The notes beneath the pieces are model-generated. The model was given only the letters and a program-made list of their open reading frames with translations. It searched no databases and was not told where the DNA came from. A stretch of 63,774 nucleotides of DNA, counting the filler, from Deltaproteobacteria bacterium (lineage in GTDB: Bacteria > Myxococcota > JACRCW01): NCBI GenBank assembly GCA_016218805.1. It is 4 parts of 4 records of this genome, joined end to end, with 100 filler letters (N's around TTAATTAATTAA, not from the genome) between each part and the next. Parts side by side here need not be neighbours in the genome. Positions count along the whole stretch, not along the records: positions 1 to 21,444 come from JACRCW010000147.1; positions 21,545 to 44,965 come from JACRCW010000150.1; 2 more parts are not named here. One strand, 5' to 3'. This document shows, piece after piece, positions 18,744-27,962 of this stretch. The translations under genes and the position numbers were made by a program. The first letter of the stretch is position 1, and each line of letters opens with the position of its first letter.

Positions 18744-20189
18744 ATGCACGGGACGGTGGAAGCCATGCCAAACGCCCTGGTCACCGCAAGTGCGCGGCGT
18801 GACTCCAGTGACACGTTGGTGCTGCCGCCTTCCAGCCAGATGTTGTTTGACGCCTACCTGGCGCACATCATCCATGACTGGTCCCGCGTGGTGGCCATGC
18901 TGGGGTTCTGCCTGGTGCCCGTGTTTGGGCTGTTGGACAGCTTCATTGTCCCGCCCGGACTGCTGGATGAATTCCTGATGTACCGCGGCGGCGCCACCGC
19001 GGTGATCCTGGCGCAGTACGTGGTCATCCGGAACACGCCGCCGGGGCGGTGGTCACTGCTGCACGGGTACTTCTTTTCGATTGTCACCGGCGGGATGATC
19101 ACGCAGATGACGCGGGACCTGGGTGGGTTTGATTCCGCCTATTACGCGGGCCTCAACCTGGTCATGGTGGCGGTCAACATCTTCCTGCCATGGAGCGCCA
19201 TCCATTCTGCCGTCAATGGGCTCATTCTCATCTCCATGTACGTGGTGGTGAACGGGCTGTGGGGCGGGCCGTTCACGCCGGCGCTGCTGGTGAACAACCT
19301 GTATTTCCTGAGCGGCACGCTGGTCATTGCCGTGGCCATCAACCGCAGCCGGCACAAGCTCATTGCCAAGGAATTCCGCTTGCGCGCGGAGTTGCAGGAG
19401 ACCAACCATGAGCTGGATGCGTCGCGGCGGGACCTGCAGGCGGCGCGGGACGCGCTGTGGGGTGAGATGGAGGTTGCCAAGCACATCCAGACCGCGCTGC
19501 TGCCACGCAACACGCGCCTGGGACCGTTTGAGGTGGCCGGCGTCATGCACCCCGCGTCCGAGGTGGGCGGGGACCTGTATGACATCCTGGAGACGCCCGC
19601 GGGTCAGCGGTGGGTGGCCATTGGTGACGTGTCCGGCCACGGCGTGGAATCCGGGCTGGTGATGATGATGACGCAGAACTGCATCGCAGCGCTGGTGCAG
19701 GACGGGCGGGCGCGGCCGCCGTCGGACGTGTTTGTTTCCGCCAACGCCATCCTGCGGGAGAACCTCCGGCGCCTGCGCACCAACCTGTACGTCACGCTGA
19801 GCATCATGCGCCTGGACGCGGACGGCCTGTGGATGGCGGGCAAGCACCAGGACCTGCTGATCCTGCGCGCGCGCACCGGCGCGGTGGAGGCGGTGCCCAC
19901 GCGCGGCTGCTGGCTGGGCGTGGTGGAGGACCCGCGGCCGGCGGTGACGGACCAGTTTGTGCCGTGGGAGCCGGGGGACGTGGTGCTGCTGCACACGGAC
20001 GGCATCTCTGAAGCGCAGCGCGGAGGCGAGCTGTACGGCGACGACCGCCTTGCCGCCGCGCTCAAGGAGCACGGGAACCGGCCACCGGACGAGACATTGC
20101 GTTGCATGCTGGACGAAATCAATGAGTTTCAGCCGCACCAGGACGACGACCGCACGCTGGTTCTTGTCCGGTACCTCGCCTCCGGGTGA
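18744..20189 (+). CDS. Membrane-bound PP2C/SpoIIE phosphatase with multi-TM sensor domain (SiaA-like role)
   Basis: About 6 TM with SAYYAGLNL; coiled coil; AKHIQTALLP, VGGDLYD, IGDVSGHG, HTDGISE, DDDRT all intact; start 18744 or 18765. Confidence 0.9.
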   Translation: MHGTVEAMPNALVTASARRDSSDTLVLPPSSQMLFDAYLAHIIHDWSRVVAMLGFCLVPVFGLLDSFIVPPGLLDEFLMYRGGATAVILAQYVVIRNTPPGRWSLLHGYFFSIVTGGMITQMTRDLGGFDSAYYAGLNLVMVAVNIFLPWSAIHSAVNGLILISMYVVVNGLWGGPFTPALLVNNLYFLSGTLVIAVAINRSRHKLIAKEFRLRAELQETNHELDASRRDLQAARDALWGEMEVAKHIQTALLPRNTRLGPFEVAGVMHPASEVGGDLYDILETPAGQRWVAIGDVSGHGVESGLVMMMTQNCIAALVQDGRARPPSDVFVSANAILRENLRRLRTNLYVTLSIMRLDADGLWMAGKHQDLLILRARTGAVEAVPTRGCWLGVVEDPRPAVTDQFVPWEPGDVVLLHTDGISEAQRGGELYGDDRLAAALKEHGNRPPDETLRCMLDEINEFQPHQDDDRTLVLVRYLASG

Positions 20190-21214
20190 GGGCGTGGCGG
20201 CAGGGGGGGGTGATGCGCCTGCAAACTGGAACGCCTGTCAAGGTGGATGGCGAGTACTACCGGATGCTGCAGTTTCATGCGGATGCCTCCGCGCTGCCGC
20301 TGGCGGTGCCGGGCTTTGACGTGGTGGCCCACGCGGCGTTGGACGGCGCGCTGGAGTGCCTGGCGGAGGGCGGCGTGGACTGCGTGCTGGTGCCGTGCGC
20401 GCGCGCCGTTCCCGCCGGGACCGAACGCCTGCAGCAGTGGTGCGACGAACAGATGGTGCCCCTGGTGCTGGGATTGGACACGCGCGTGACGACGTCCGAG
20501 GACCCCGTGTTCCGCGTGGCGGCGGATGGGCTGGTGGACCTGCGCTGGCCGGGGCACCTGGTGGCGGCGGCGCTGCGGGCCGCCATCCAGCGCGTGCTGG
20601 TGGGCCGCAACCTGGTGGACGTGCAGCGCCGGGTGCTGGACGTGGCGCAGGGGACCGTGGATGCGCTGGAGCACCTGGCGTTCCGGGACGAACTCACGGG
20701 CCTGTACAACCTGCGGGGATTCCGGGACATCATGCGCAAGGAGCACGAACGGTGCGCCCGCTACCAGCGCTGCTATTCGCTGATGTTCCTGGACATGGAC
20801 AACCTCAAGCTCGTCAACACCTCGTTCGGGCATGCTGCGGGCAACCGGCTGCTCGCGGAATTTGGCCGCTTGCTGGCCAGCCACCTGCGCGCCTGCAACT
20901 ACGCGTTCCGCGTGGGGGGAGACGAGTTTGTGGTGCTGTTGGCAGAAACGCCCCCGGCGGTGACGCTGGGCGTGGCCCACCGCGTCCGGGACGACGTCTC
21001 GCGCATTGCCGTGGAAGACCACGGGGTGGTGCTCACGGCATCGGTGAGCATCGGGATTGCGTCGTACCCGGAACACGGCACCACGTTCCAGGACGTTGTG
21101 GCGCGGGCGGACCAGGCGCTGTACCAGGCCAAGGCGCTGGGCCGGAATCGCGTGCTTTCATTTGATGAGCTTCCGGGCGGCGCACCCGGCCTTCCCAGCC
21201 TTCCCGCGCATTGA
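20186..21214 (+). CDS. GGDEF dinucleotide cyclase with degenerate REC-like N-terminus (SiaD-like role)
   Basis: DELTGLYN, DMDNLK, GHAAGN, FRVGGDEF, ADQALYQAK..GRNRV; GTGA overlap with the phosphatase (alternative ATG 20213). Confidence 0.9.
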   Translation: MRAWRQGGVMRLQTGTPVKVDGEYYRMLQFHADASALPLAVPGFDVVAHAALDGALECLAEGGVDCVLVPCARAVPAGTERLQQWCDEQMVPLVLGLDTRVTTSEDPVFRVAADGLVDLRWPGHLVAAALRAAIQRVLVGRNLVDVQRRVLDVAQGTVDALEHLAFRDELTGLYNLRGFRDIMRKEHERCARYQRCYSLMFLDMDNLKLVNTSFGHAAGNRLLAEFGRLLASHLRACNYAFRVGGDEFVVLLAETPPAVTLGVAHRVRDDVSRIAVEDHGVVLTASVSIGIASYPEHGTTFQDVVARADQALYQAKALGRNRVLSFDELPGGAPGLPSLPAH

Positions 21215-21444
21215 TGCCGCACGCCGGGCGCGCCGGTCTCTTGCACCGCGGCGCCGCGCATTTCTGGTTCTCCTGACAATTGGGTGAGGCACGTCGTGGC
21301 TCCATAGTGAGATGTCATGCAGGAACCGGGGTCTTGTGGACTGATTGGAGAACAAGACCAGAGCAGCAGAGGAATATCATTGCAATGAGATTGGCCGCGT
21401 TGTGGAAGCCATAGGAGCGTTTGGTGATGACGCGCGTCTTCCCG

Positions 21445-21544
21445 NNNNNNNNNNNNNNNNNNNNNNNNNNNNNNNNNNNNNNNNNNNNTTAATTAATTAA
21501 NNNNNNNNNNNNNNNNNNNNNNNNNNNNNNNNNNNNNNNNNNNN
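21445..21544. other. Artificial contig spacer (N run + TTAATTAATTAA)
   Basis: 100-bp N spacer with a six-frame stop linker. Confidence 0.98.
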
Positions 21545-21994
21545 ACGCCGCCGGCTCGGCATCCCGTGCCAACAGGAGTGGACCCCCCAACCACGGGCCC
21601 GCTCCCAGCCTCCATTGGACACATCGCCGCGCCGCATTTCGATCCAGGCAAGCCCGGAGCCGACGGGGCCGCTAATCAAGTACGATCCGATCCTGAGCAG
21701 CGGAAGCCGTTATGGATGACGCGTTGTATTACCTGCGTTTCGCTAGCCACACCGAGCGGGGCGGCGACTCCGGCAGCCGAAGAGGCCACTCAACCGGTTC
21801 GGACGTCGTGCGCCCCATGGTGTCTCCCTCTGGCGGGAACGGGTGCCGGCTGGGCGGGTTGGCGTCGCACTGGAAAAGGCGTGTTTCACCCGGGACGCCG
21901 TGGTGACCCCGCGCGAAGCGTGCGTGACGTGCGATTGAACGCGTTTGGCGTGGCGTGTTGGACGCCCGCGGGGCACGGCGTAGGCTTGCGTTCA

Positions 21995-23695
21995 ATGATG
22001 CCCGGCCGAGAGGGGAGGCGACGCGTGGCGTGGAAGCGGGAAGGTGCGCGGGACGGGCCAAGGAGCGCCACCGCAACCATTGGAGTGATCTTCGCGGGGC
22101 TCGCGTGGTGCCTTTGCAGTTGTACGCACGGTGAAAGCGACGAGCCTGATGCCGGACCGCGCTACCCATATCCAAGCATTTCTGTGCATGGCGACGAATA
22201 CCCAGACCTGGTCACCACGGGAGTGATGCGCACCTGGGTGGCCGGCCTGACGCGCATCGACAGAATCGAGATGGACGGCGTGTCCTTCTCTTTGACCGGG
22301 CTAATGCCGGACCGCGACTTCATCGACGCATTCGCCTTGGACATCTGGCTGGAGAACCGTTTCCCGCCTGGGTATCACACGCTCCGTGCATTGGGCGACG
22401 GCGAGCTGACCCAGGTGCTGCCCATTCTGGACGCGGGGTTCCCCTACTGGGCGCACATGACCGCCGCATACAGGGGATTGCTCTATGGGGAGTGTCTCGG
22501 GTGGGTCTCCGTTGTTGACGGCGCCCGCCGGGTTTGCCTGGACCCCGATGGATTCAAGGTTGACCACTTTGTCCGAGACCCCACCGACCCCGTGGTGGCA
22601 ACCTGGACTCCAACGGCCGACGGGCTGGCGACCCGGCGGGCGTCCTACCCGGCAATTGCCATGAGTCGGCCAAATGCCGGAGCCGACGCCGTCATGGTCT
22701 TCTTCACAAGTGGTGCCGAAGAGGGGACCGCCGACATCTTCGCCGGCCACCCTGGCCAATGGTGGCCGGGCGAATCTGACCTCAGGCGTGTGGCCACGAT
22801 CCCGTTTGACCGTTGGGGTGGGACCGTCTGGCATGACGAGAATGAGGACGAGTACCTGATGGTTGTCGCGGGCGGGTGGGTCCTGGCCTACGCATGGGAT
22901 GCCGCCGCAATGAGCCTTGCTCCTGACTACGTGGTCGTGGAGGGCAGCGGCAAGGTGATCTACTCAACGCACGGTGTGGACTTGGACGCTGATGGGAGGG
23001 ACGAGCTGGTTCAGGTTCACGAGGCCGGCATGGAGATCCTTCGGGGCGATCCGGTGAACGGGTGGACCCTGGTTGCCGAGGTGATTGGCGCAGGCGGTTG
23101 CAGCGGCACCACCCGACAGCAGCGGCCTTCCACCGCGGACCTGGACGGCGACGGCATGCTGGACGTGGTGGCCACGCGGGCGGGCGGGGGTGTTGATGTC
23201 ATCTACACCAATCCGGACGGCACATTTGACACACGTCCGAACCTGCTGGATCCGGGTTGTGACACCGGACAGTTGGCCGCATTGAGCTACGCCGCGGCGG
23301 GATTGCTGGACAAGGAGCGGCGGCCCTACGTGGTGCTGGCCCACGGGCACCAGGAGCACGGACTCCTGTTCCGCATGACCGGCCGCGGGACCTACGTGCG
23401 TGAGGACTGGCGCGCGGCCACGGTCCGCCTGTCCACGTGGTTGTCCCACAACGACCTGTACGACGTGGACGGCGATGGATGCGCGGATCTTGTTCAAGGG
23501 GGCAACCGCGGCTCGGTCTACTTGTGGAGGCGCCCCGCCTACGAAGCCGAGGACGGCCTGTACGGCCCGCGGCCATTGCGCGGTATTTCCGTAGACGAAC
23601 TTCTTCAACGTCCAGCGTGGCGTGCGGCTGCGAAGAAACGGCTGACGCGGGACAGCGTGGTGAACACGCGCGAGGCGTGCACCGTGTGCCCATAG
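21995..23695 (+). CDS. FG-GAP/VCBS repeat lipoprotein
   Basis: Lipobox-like LCSC; DLDADGRDEL, DLDGDGMLDV, DVDGDGCADL motifs; start uncertain. Confidence 0.7.
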   Translation: MMPGREGRRRVAWKREGARDGPRSATATIGVIFAGLAWCLCSCTHGESDEPDAGPRYPYPSISVHGDEYPDLVTTGVMRTWVAGLTRIDRIEMDGVSFSLTGLMPDRDFIDAFALDIWLENRFPPGYHTLRALGDGELTQVLPILDAGFPYWAHMTAAYRGLLYGECLGWVSVVDGARRVCLDPDGFKVDHFVRDPTDPVVATWTPTADGLATRRASYPAIAMSRPNAGADAVMVFFTSGAEEGTADIFAGHPGQWWPGESDLRRVATIPFDRWGGTVWHDENEDEYLMVVAGGWVLAYAWDAAAMSLAPDYVVVEGSGKVIYSTHGVDLDADGRDELVQVHEAGMEILRGDPVNGWTLVAEVIGAGGCSGTTRQQRPSTADLDGDGMLDVVATRAGGGVDVIYTNPDGTFDTRPNLLDPGCDTGQLAALSYAAAGLLDKERRPYVVLAHGHQEHGLLFRMTGRGTYVREDWRAATVRLSTWLSHNDLYDVDGDGCADLVQGGNRGSVYLWRRPAYEAEDGLYGPRPLRGISVDELLQRPAWRAAAKKRLTRDSVVNTREACTVCP

Positions 23696-23842
23696 ACGGT
23701 CGCGGCGAGTGTGTCGCGGTGCCGGTTGTGCGCCGGTGGACCGCCGAACCGCCGCAACGCCGTTGCCACTGCCACAGTGCCCACCGTGACTTGCATGACC
23801 CCAGGGGCGGGGGGCACGGTCCCGCCCGGAGTCACGACGACA

Positions 23843-24316
23843 ATGAGACACCTGCTTGCGCTGTTGCCAACGCTCCCCCTGCTTGCCGCCGCGTGCACCG
23901 GCACCTCCGCCACGGACGGCGGGAGCGGGTCCTCCTCCTCCGGGTCCGGCTGCCTGGCCTCCGCGGCGGTGGGCACGGAGATTGGATCGGACGACGGCGG
24001 CGCCCTGCGGGTGAAGCTTCTGGGCCTGGTGCCGGACCCGCCGGTGAAAGGAGACAACACCTGGACGGTGGAGGCCCACGGCGCCGGTGGCGCGCCTTTT
24101 GTGGACGGAACGCTGGTGTTGCGGCCGTTCATGCCGTTGCACGCGCACGGCACCAACCCGGCGCGCTTTGACGGGACGCTGACCGACGGCGGGGCGTGGG
24201 TATTCCCGCCGTTTGATCCGTTCATGCCGGGCCGCTGGGAGATCCGCTTCAGCGCGGAGGCAGACGGCGGCGTTCCGGGCGGCAGCGTGGTGTTCCACGC
24301 GTGCATTGACGGGTGA
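23843..24316 (+). CDS. YtkA/FixH-like lipoprotein
   Basis: Lipobox LAAAC; PFMPLHAHG and FMPGRWEI motifs. Confidence 0.75.
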   Translation: MRHLLALLPTLPLLAAACTGTSATDGGSGSSSSGSGCLASAAVGTEIGSDDGGALRVKLLGLVPDPPVKGDNTWTVEAHGAGGAPFVDGTLVLRPFMPLHAHGTNPARFDGTLTDGGAWVFPPFDPFMPGRWEIRFSAEADGGVPGGSVVFHACIDG

Positions 24317-25704
24317 AGCGGGTGGTCTCCCGGGCCGGCCGTGCGTTGCTCCCCGCGTGTGCCGTACTGGCGGGCGTGTCCTGCACCCGTCCGGGCGGGG
24401 ACCCACCGGTGGACGTGGAGGCGCTCAAGGACCCATCCACGTGCCGCCGCTGCCACCCGTCCCACTACGAAGAATGGTCCGGCAGCATGCACGCCTATGC
24501 GGCGCAGGACCCGGTGTTCCTGGCGATGAACCGGCGCGGGCAGGAGCAGACCGGGGGCGCATTGGGTGACTTCTGCGTGCGCTGCCACGCGCCGCTGGCG
24601 GTGGCCGCGGGGCTCACGCGGGACGGGCTCAATCTCCACGAAGTGCCGCAACACCTCCAGGGCGTCACCTGCTACTTCTGCCACAACGTGGTGGCCGTGG
24701 AGGGGACGCACAACAACCCGCTGCGCCTGGCCGGTGACGGCACACTGCGCGGTGGCATCCGCAACCCGGTGGCCAATGACGCGCATGATAGCGCGTATTC
24801 GCCGCTGCACGCCCGCGGCAGCGCGGAGGCCGCGGCGCTGTGCGGGAGTTGCCACGATATTGTCACGCCCGCGGGCGTGGAACTGGAGCGCACGTTCGCG
24901 GAGTGGCGGCACAGTCTGTACGCGCGCCCGTCCACGGTGGGTGGCCTCACCTGTCAGGCGTGCCACATGGACGGGGCGGACGGGCCGGCCGCGGCGGGCG
25001 CCGGCATGCCGGTGCGGCGCGTGCATTCGCACCAGTTCCCGGGGGTGGACCTGGCGCTGACGGAGTTTCCCCACCGGGATGACCAGCGCGAGCGCGTGCA
25101 GCGCCTGCTGGACACCACGGCGCTGGCCGAGCTGTGCGTGTCCAATGACCAAACGCTGGTGGCCCTGCAGGTCACGCTGGAGAACGTGGCGGCGGGGCAC
25201 GCATTCCCCAGCGGTGCGGCGCAGGACCGGCGCATTTGGGTGGAGGTCCGCGCCCGTCGGGGCGGCGCGGAGGTGTACCGCACCGGCGTGCTGCCGGATG
25301 ACCGGGACATTGTGCGCTCGTCGGACGCGGACCTGTGGCTGCTGCGGGATGAGCTGTTTGACGCGGACGGCGTCCCCACGCACGCCTTCTGGGGCGCCCG
25401 CCGCGTGCAGACGGAGCACCTGCCCGCGCCCACCGCGCGTTCCCCCGCCGAGCCCGGTTGGACCCAGACCCACCGCACGCGCGTGTTTTCGTACACCGGC
25501 GCGCCTCCCGACGAGGTGGAGCTGCGCGTGCACATCATGCCCGTGGGCGTGGACGTGTTGGATGAACTGGTGGCTGAGGGCTACCTGGACCCCACCCTCC
25601 GCGACGCGGTCACGCCCATGTCCCTGGCGGCCGCGCACCTCACCTGGCGCGCCGCGGACGGCGTCCGGTGTGTGGGCAGCGCCCCGGCCGGGCGCGCGCC
25701 CTAA
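24313..25704 (+). CDS. Multihaem (5 CxxCH) cytochrome c554-like lipoprotein
   Basis: CRRCH, CVRCH, CYFCH, CGSCH, CQACH; YEEWSGSMHAYA; GHAFPSG; lipobox GVSC. Confidence 0.9.
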   Translation: MKRVVSRAGRALLPACAVLAGVSCTRPGGDPPVDVEALKDPSTCRRCHPSHYEEWSGSMHAYAAQDPVFLAMNRRGQEQTGGALGDFCVRCHAPLAVAAGLTRDGLNLHEVPQHLQGVTCYFCHNVVAVEGTHNNPLRLAGDGTLRGGIRNPVANDAHDSAYSPLHARGSAEAAALCGSCHDIVTPAGVELERTFAEWRHSLYARPSTVGGLTCQACHMDGADGPAAAGAGMPVRRVHSHQFPGVDLALTEFPHRDDQRERVQRLLDTTALAELCVSNDQTLVALQVTLENVAAGHAFPSGAAQDRRIWVEVRARRGGAEVYRTGVLPDDRDIVRSSDADLWLLRDELFDADGVPTHAFWGARRVQTEHLPAPTARSPAEPGWTQTHRTRVFSYTGAPPDEVELRVHIMPVGVDVLDELVAEGYLDPTLRDAVTPMSLAAAHLTWRAADGVRCVGSAPAGRAP

Positions 25705-25822
25705 ATGCCACTTTGGCAGGCCCCCGGCCCCCCCCTCGCGGCCGTTGCCAGACTGGCGTTCCCGGTGCGCGCGCGCATGAATAACTGATTGTAACACATG
25801 GTGTATTTGCGGATGGCGGGCT

Positions 25823-25837
25823 CGGCCCGGATGTTGC
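25823..25837 (+). promoter_or_regulatory. Candidate sigma-54 promoter (-24/-12) for the T2SS operon
   Basis: cGGCCCGGATGTTGC has GG-N10-GC spacing with TTGC; AT-rich IHF-like tract at about 25778-25808. Confidence 0.4.
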
Positions 25838-25859
25838 GAGAGTCCGCGCGAGACCCGCC

Positions 25860-26915
25860 ATGGAAACCGTGTTCAAGAAGCAGTTCTGGCTCGTCAACCT
25901 GCTGTTCCTGGCGGGGGCGGCCTACTTGCTGGCGCGCGGGAGCAACCAGTTTGTGGCGCTGGCGCTGGTGCAGTCCCAGGAGGCTGCGTCCGCTGCGGAG
26001 CCGCGGGGGCGGACCGCGCCGCCTGTGGCGGCGCGCGGCAAGACCGTGAAGGACCTGGATGAGGACGCCAACATCTTTGGTGCGCGTCCTGAGCCCGTGC
26101 TGGAGGGCGCGGCGGCGGAGGCGGCCGCGCGCGCCGCCGAGGACGCCAAGAACGCGGCGGAGCAGGCGGAGCAGGAGGCCGTGCCCACGCAGCTGCGGCT
26201 GAAACTGGTGGGCATCACCTGGTTTGGCGTGCCCGCGTTCTCGCTGTGCAACATCACGGACCTGGCGGGGAACACCACCACGCTGCACTCCATCAACGTG
26301 TGCCCGCCGCCGCCCCCGGCGGCGCCGCCGCCGGACGACGACGGCACGCCGCCGCCGCCCGCCCCCGTGCTGCGCACGCCGTGCAACCAAATCACGGCGG
26401 ACGCCACGCTCACCAGCATTGAGCCGGACCGCGTGATCTTCTTCAACCGGGCCGCCAACCGCCGCGAATACCTGGAGCTGTACGAGGACCCCAAGAAGAG
26501 TCCGCCCCCGCCTCAGGTTTCCAGCGCGCCGCCACCGCCCACGGAGAACCCGGCGGACCTGGACGGCCTGGGCAAAGGCATCACCAAGGTGGCGGACAAC
26601 CAGTACCGCATCCCGCAGGCGGACATTGACGAGGTGATGCAGAACCTCAACGCGGTGGCCACGCAGGCGCGCATTGTGCCCAGCTTTGAGAACGGCAAGA
26701 GCAACGGTTTCAAGCTGTTCTCCATCCGTCCCAACAGCATCTTCAACAAGATTGGGATGCAGAATGGCGACGTCATTTCCAAGATCAACGGTTACGACAT
26801 GTCCACCCCGGACAAGGCGCTGGAGGTCTACAACAAGCTCAAGGACGCCAAGGAAATCAATGTGGAGATGAACCGCCGTGGCCAGAAGATGACCATGAGC
26901 TACGGCATCCAGTGA
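25860..26915 (+). CDS. gspC: Type II secretion protein GspC (copy 1)
   Basis: N-terminal TM, NIF, LKLVGI HR domain, C-terminal PDZ (GFKLFSIRPNSIFNKIGMQNGDVI). Confidence 0.88.
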   Translation: METVFKKQFWLVNLLFLAGAAYLLARGSNQFVALALVQSQEAASAAEPRGRTAPPVAARGKTVKDLDEDANIFGARPEPVLEGAAAEAAARAAEDAKNAAEQAEQEAVPTQLRLKLVGITWFGVPAFSLCNITDLAGNTTTLHSINVCPPPPPAAPPPDDDGTPPPPAPVLRTPCNQITADATLTSIEPDRVIFFNRAANRREYLELYEDPKKSPPPPQVSSAPPPPTENPADLDGLGKGITKVADNQYRIPQADIDEVMQNLNAVATQARIVPSFENGKSNGFKLFSIRPNSIFNKIGMQNGDVISKINGYDMSTPDKALEVYNKLKDAKEINVEMNRRGQKMTMSYGIQ

Positions 26916-26928
26916 GGAAACCCGGTCA

Positions 26929-27960
26929 ATGTCCGCCCTTGCCCACCACCCGCGCAACATCCGCACCACCCTGGTGAACCTGGCGTTTGCCGGGGCGGCG
27001 CTGGCGTTGGCGGTGCGCGGGGTGGTGCTGATCCTGTCCGCGCCGGGACTGGCGGCGCTGGTGGGTGAGTCGGCAACCGGTGCGGCCGCGCGTTCCGTCC
27101 CGCGCGGGACGGAGAAGCCGCGGGCCTGGGTGCCGTTCCCCGCGCTGGCGCCGGAGAAGCAGGAGGTCATCACGCCGCTGACAGACGGGCCGGACCTGTC
27201 CTCCGCGGTCCCCAAGGCGCCGTTTGTCCCGCTCAACGGCGTGTCCGTGGTGGGAATCACGTGGTTCACGGAACCCACGTTTTCGTTGGCCGCCATTGTC
27301 TACAACGCGGAGCGCAACATCCACTCCGTCAATGACTGCGAATGGGTCACGCTCACCGACCCGGAGGGCATCCAGAAGAAGGTGCCCATGAGCCCGTGCA
27401 ACCAGGTGGCGGAGGGTTACCTCATCCGCGAAATCCGCCGTTTCCGGGTGCGGTTGGAGCACGTGGCCAGCGGGGAGATGCAGGACCTGGACCTGTACGG
27501 TGACGGGAAGCCCGTGGTGGCGCTGGCCATGCCCCCGCCGGCGGGTCCCGCCGCCCCCGCCGGGGACACCAAGGGCAAGGGCAGCGCCATCAGCAAGATG
27601 ATGGACAACGTCAAGCAACTGGGGCCCAACCACTGGGAGGCGCCGGCGGGCATGCGTGAAGAGGTCCTGGGCCGCCTGTCTGAGGTGGCCATGGAGGGGC
27701 GGTGGCTGCCGTATTTCGAAAACGGCAAAATCACGGGATTCAAGCTGGCGCAGACGGTCCCCAACAGCGCATTTGACAAGATTGGCCTGAAATCCGGTGA
27801 CGTGATCAAGAGCGTCAACGGCTATGACATCTCCAGCCCGGACAAGATGCTGGACGTGTTCACCAAGCTGCGCGATGCGCGCGACATCAACGTGGACGTC
27901 CAGCGCGGCGACGCGAGCCAGAAGGGCGCCAAGAGCTCGCTGCGGTACACCATCAACTGA
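26929..27960 (+). CDS. gspC: Type II secretion protein GspC (copy 2)
   Basis: Paralog of the preceding gene: VGITWF..PCNQ, PDZ GFKL..PNSAFDKIGLKSGDVI. Confidence 0.8.
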   Translation: MSALAHHPRNIRTTLVNLAFAGAALALAVRGVVLILSAPGLAALVGESATGAAARSVPRGTEKPRAWVPFPALAPEKQEVITPLTDGPDLSSAVPKAPFVPLNGVSVVGITWFTEPTFSLAAIVYNAERNIHSVNDCEWVTLTDPEGIQKKVPMSPCNQVAEGYLIREIRRFRVRLEHVASGEMQDLDLYGDGKPVVALAMPPPAGPAAPAGDTKGKGSAISKMMDNVKQLGPNHWEAPAGMREEVLGRLSEVAMEGRWLPYFENGKITGFKLAQTVPNSAFDKIGLKSGDVIKSVNGYDISSPDKMLDVFTKLRDARDINVDVQRGDASQKGAKSSLRYTIN

Positions 27961-27962
27961 AC

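Noticed and set aside
21275..21444. Lower-GC contig end with a GGTCTTGT..ACAAGACC hairpin, possibly an IS left end
   Set aside because: Too short; no recognisable transposase motif or partner inverted repeat.
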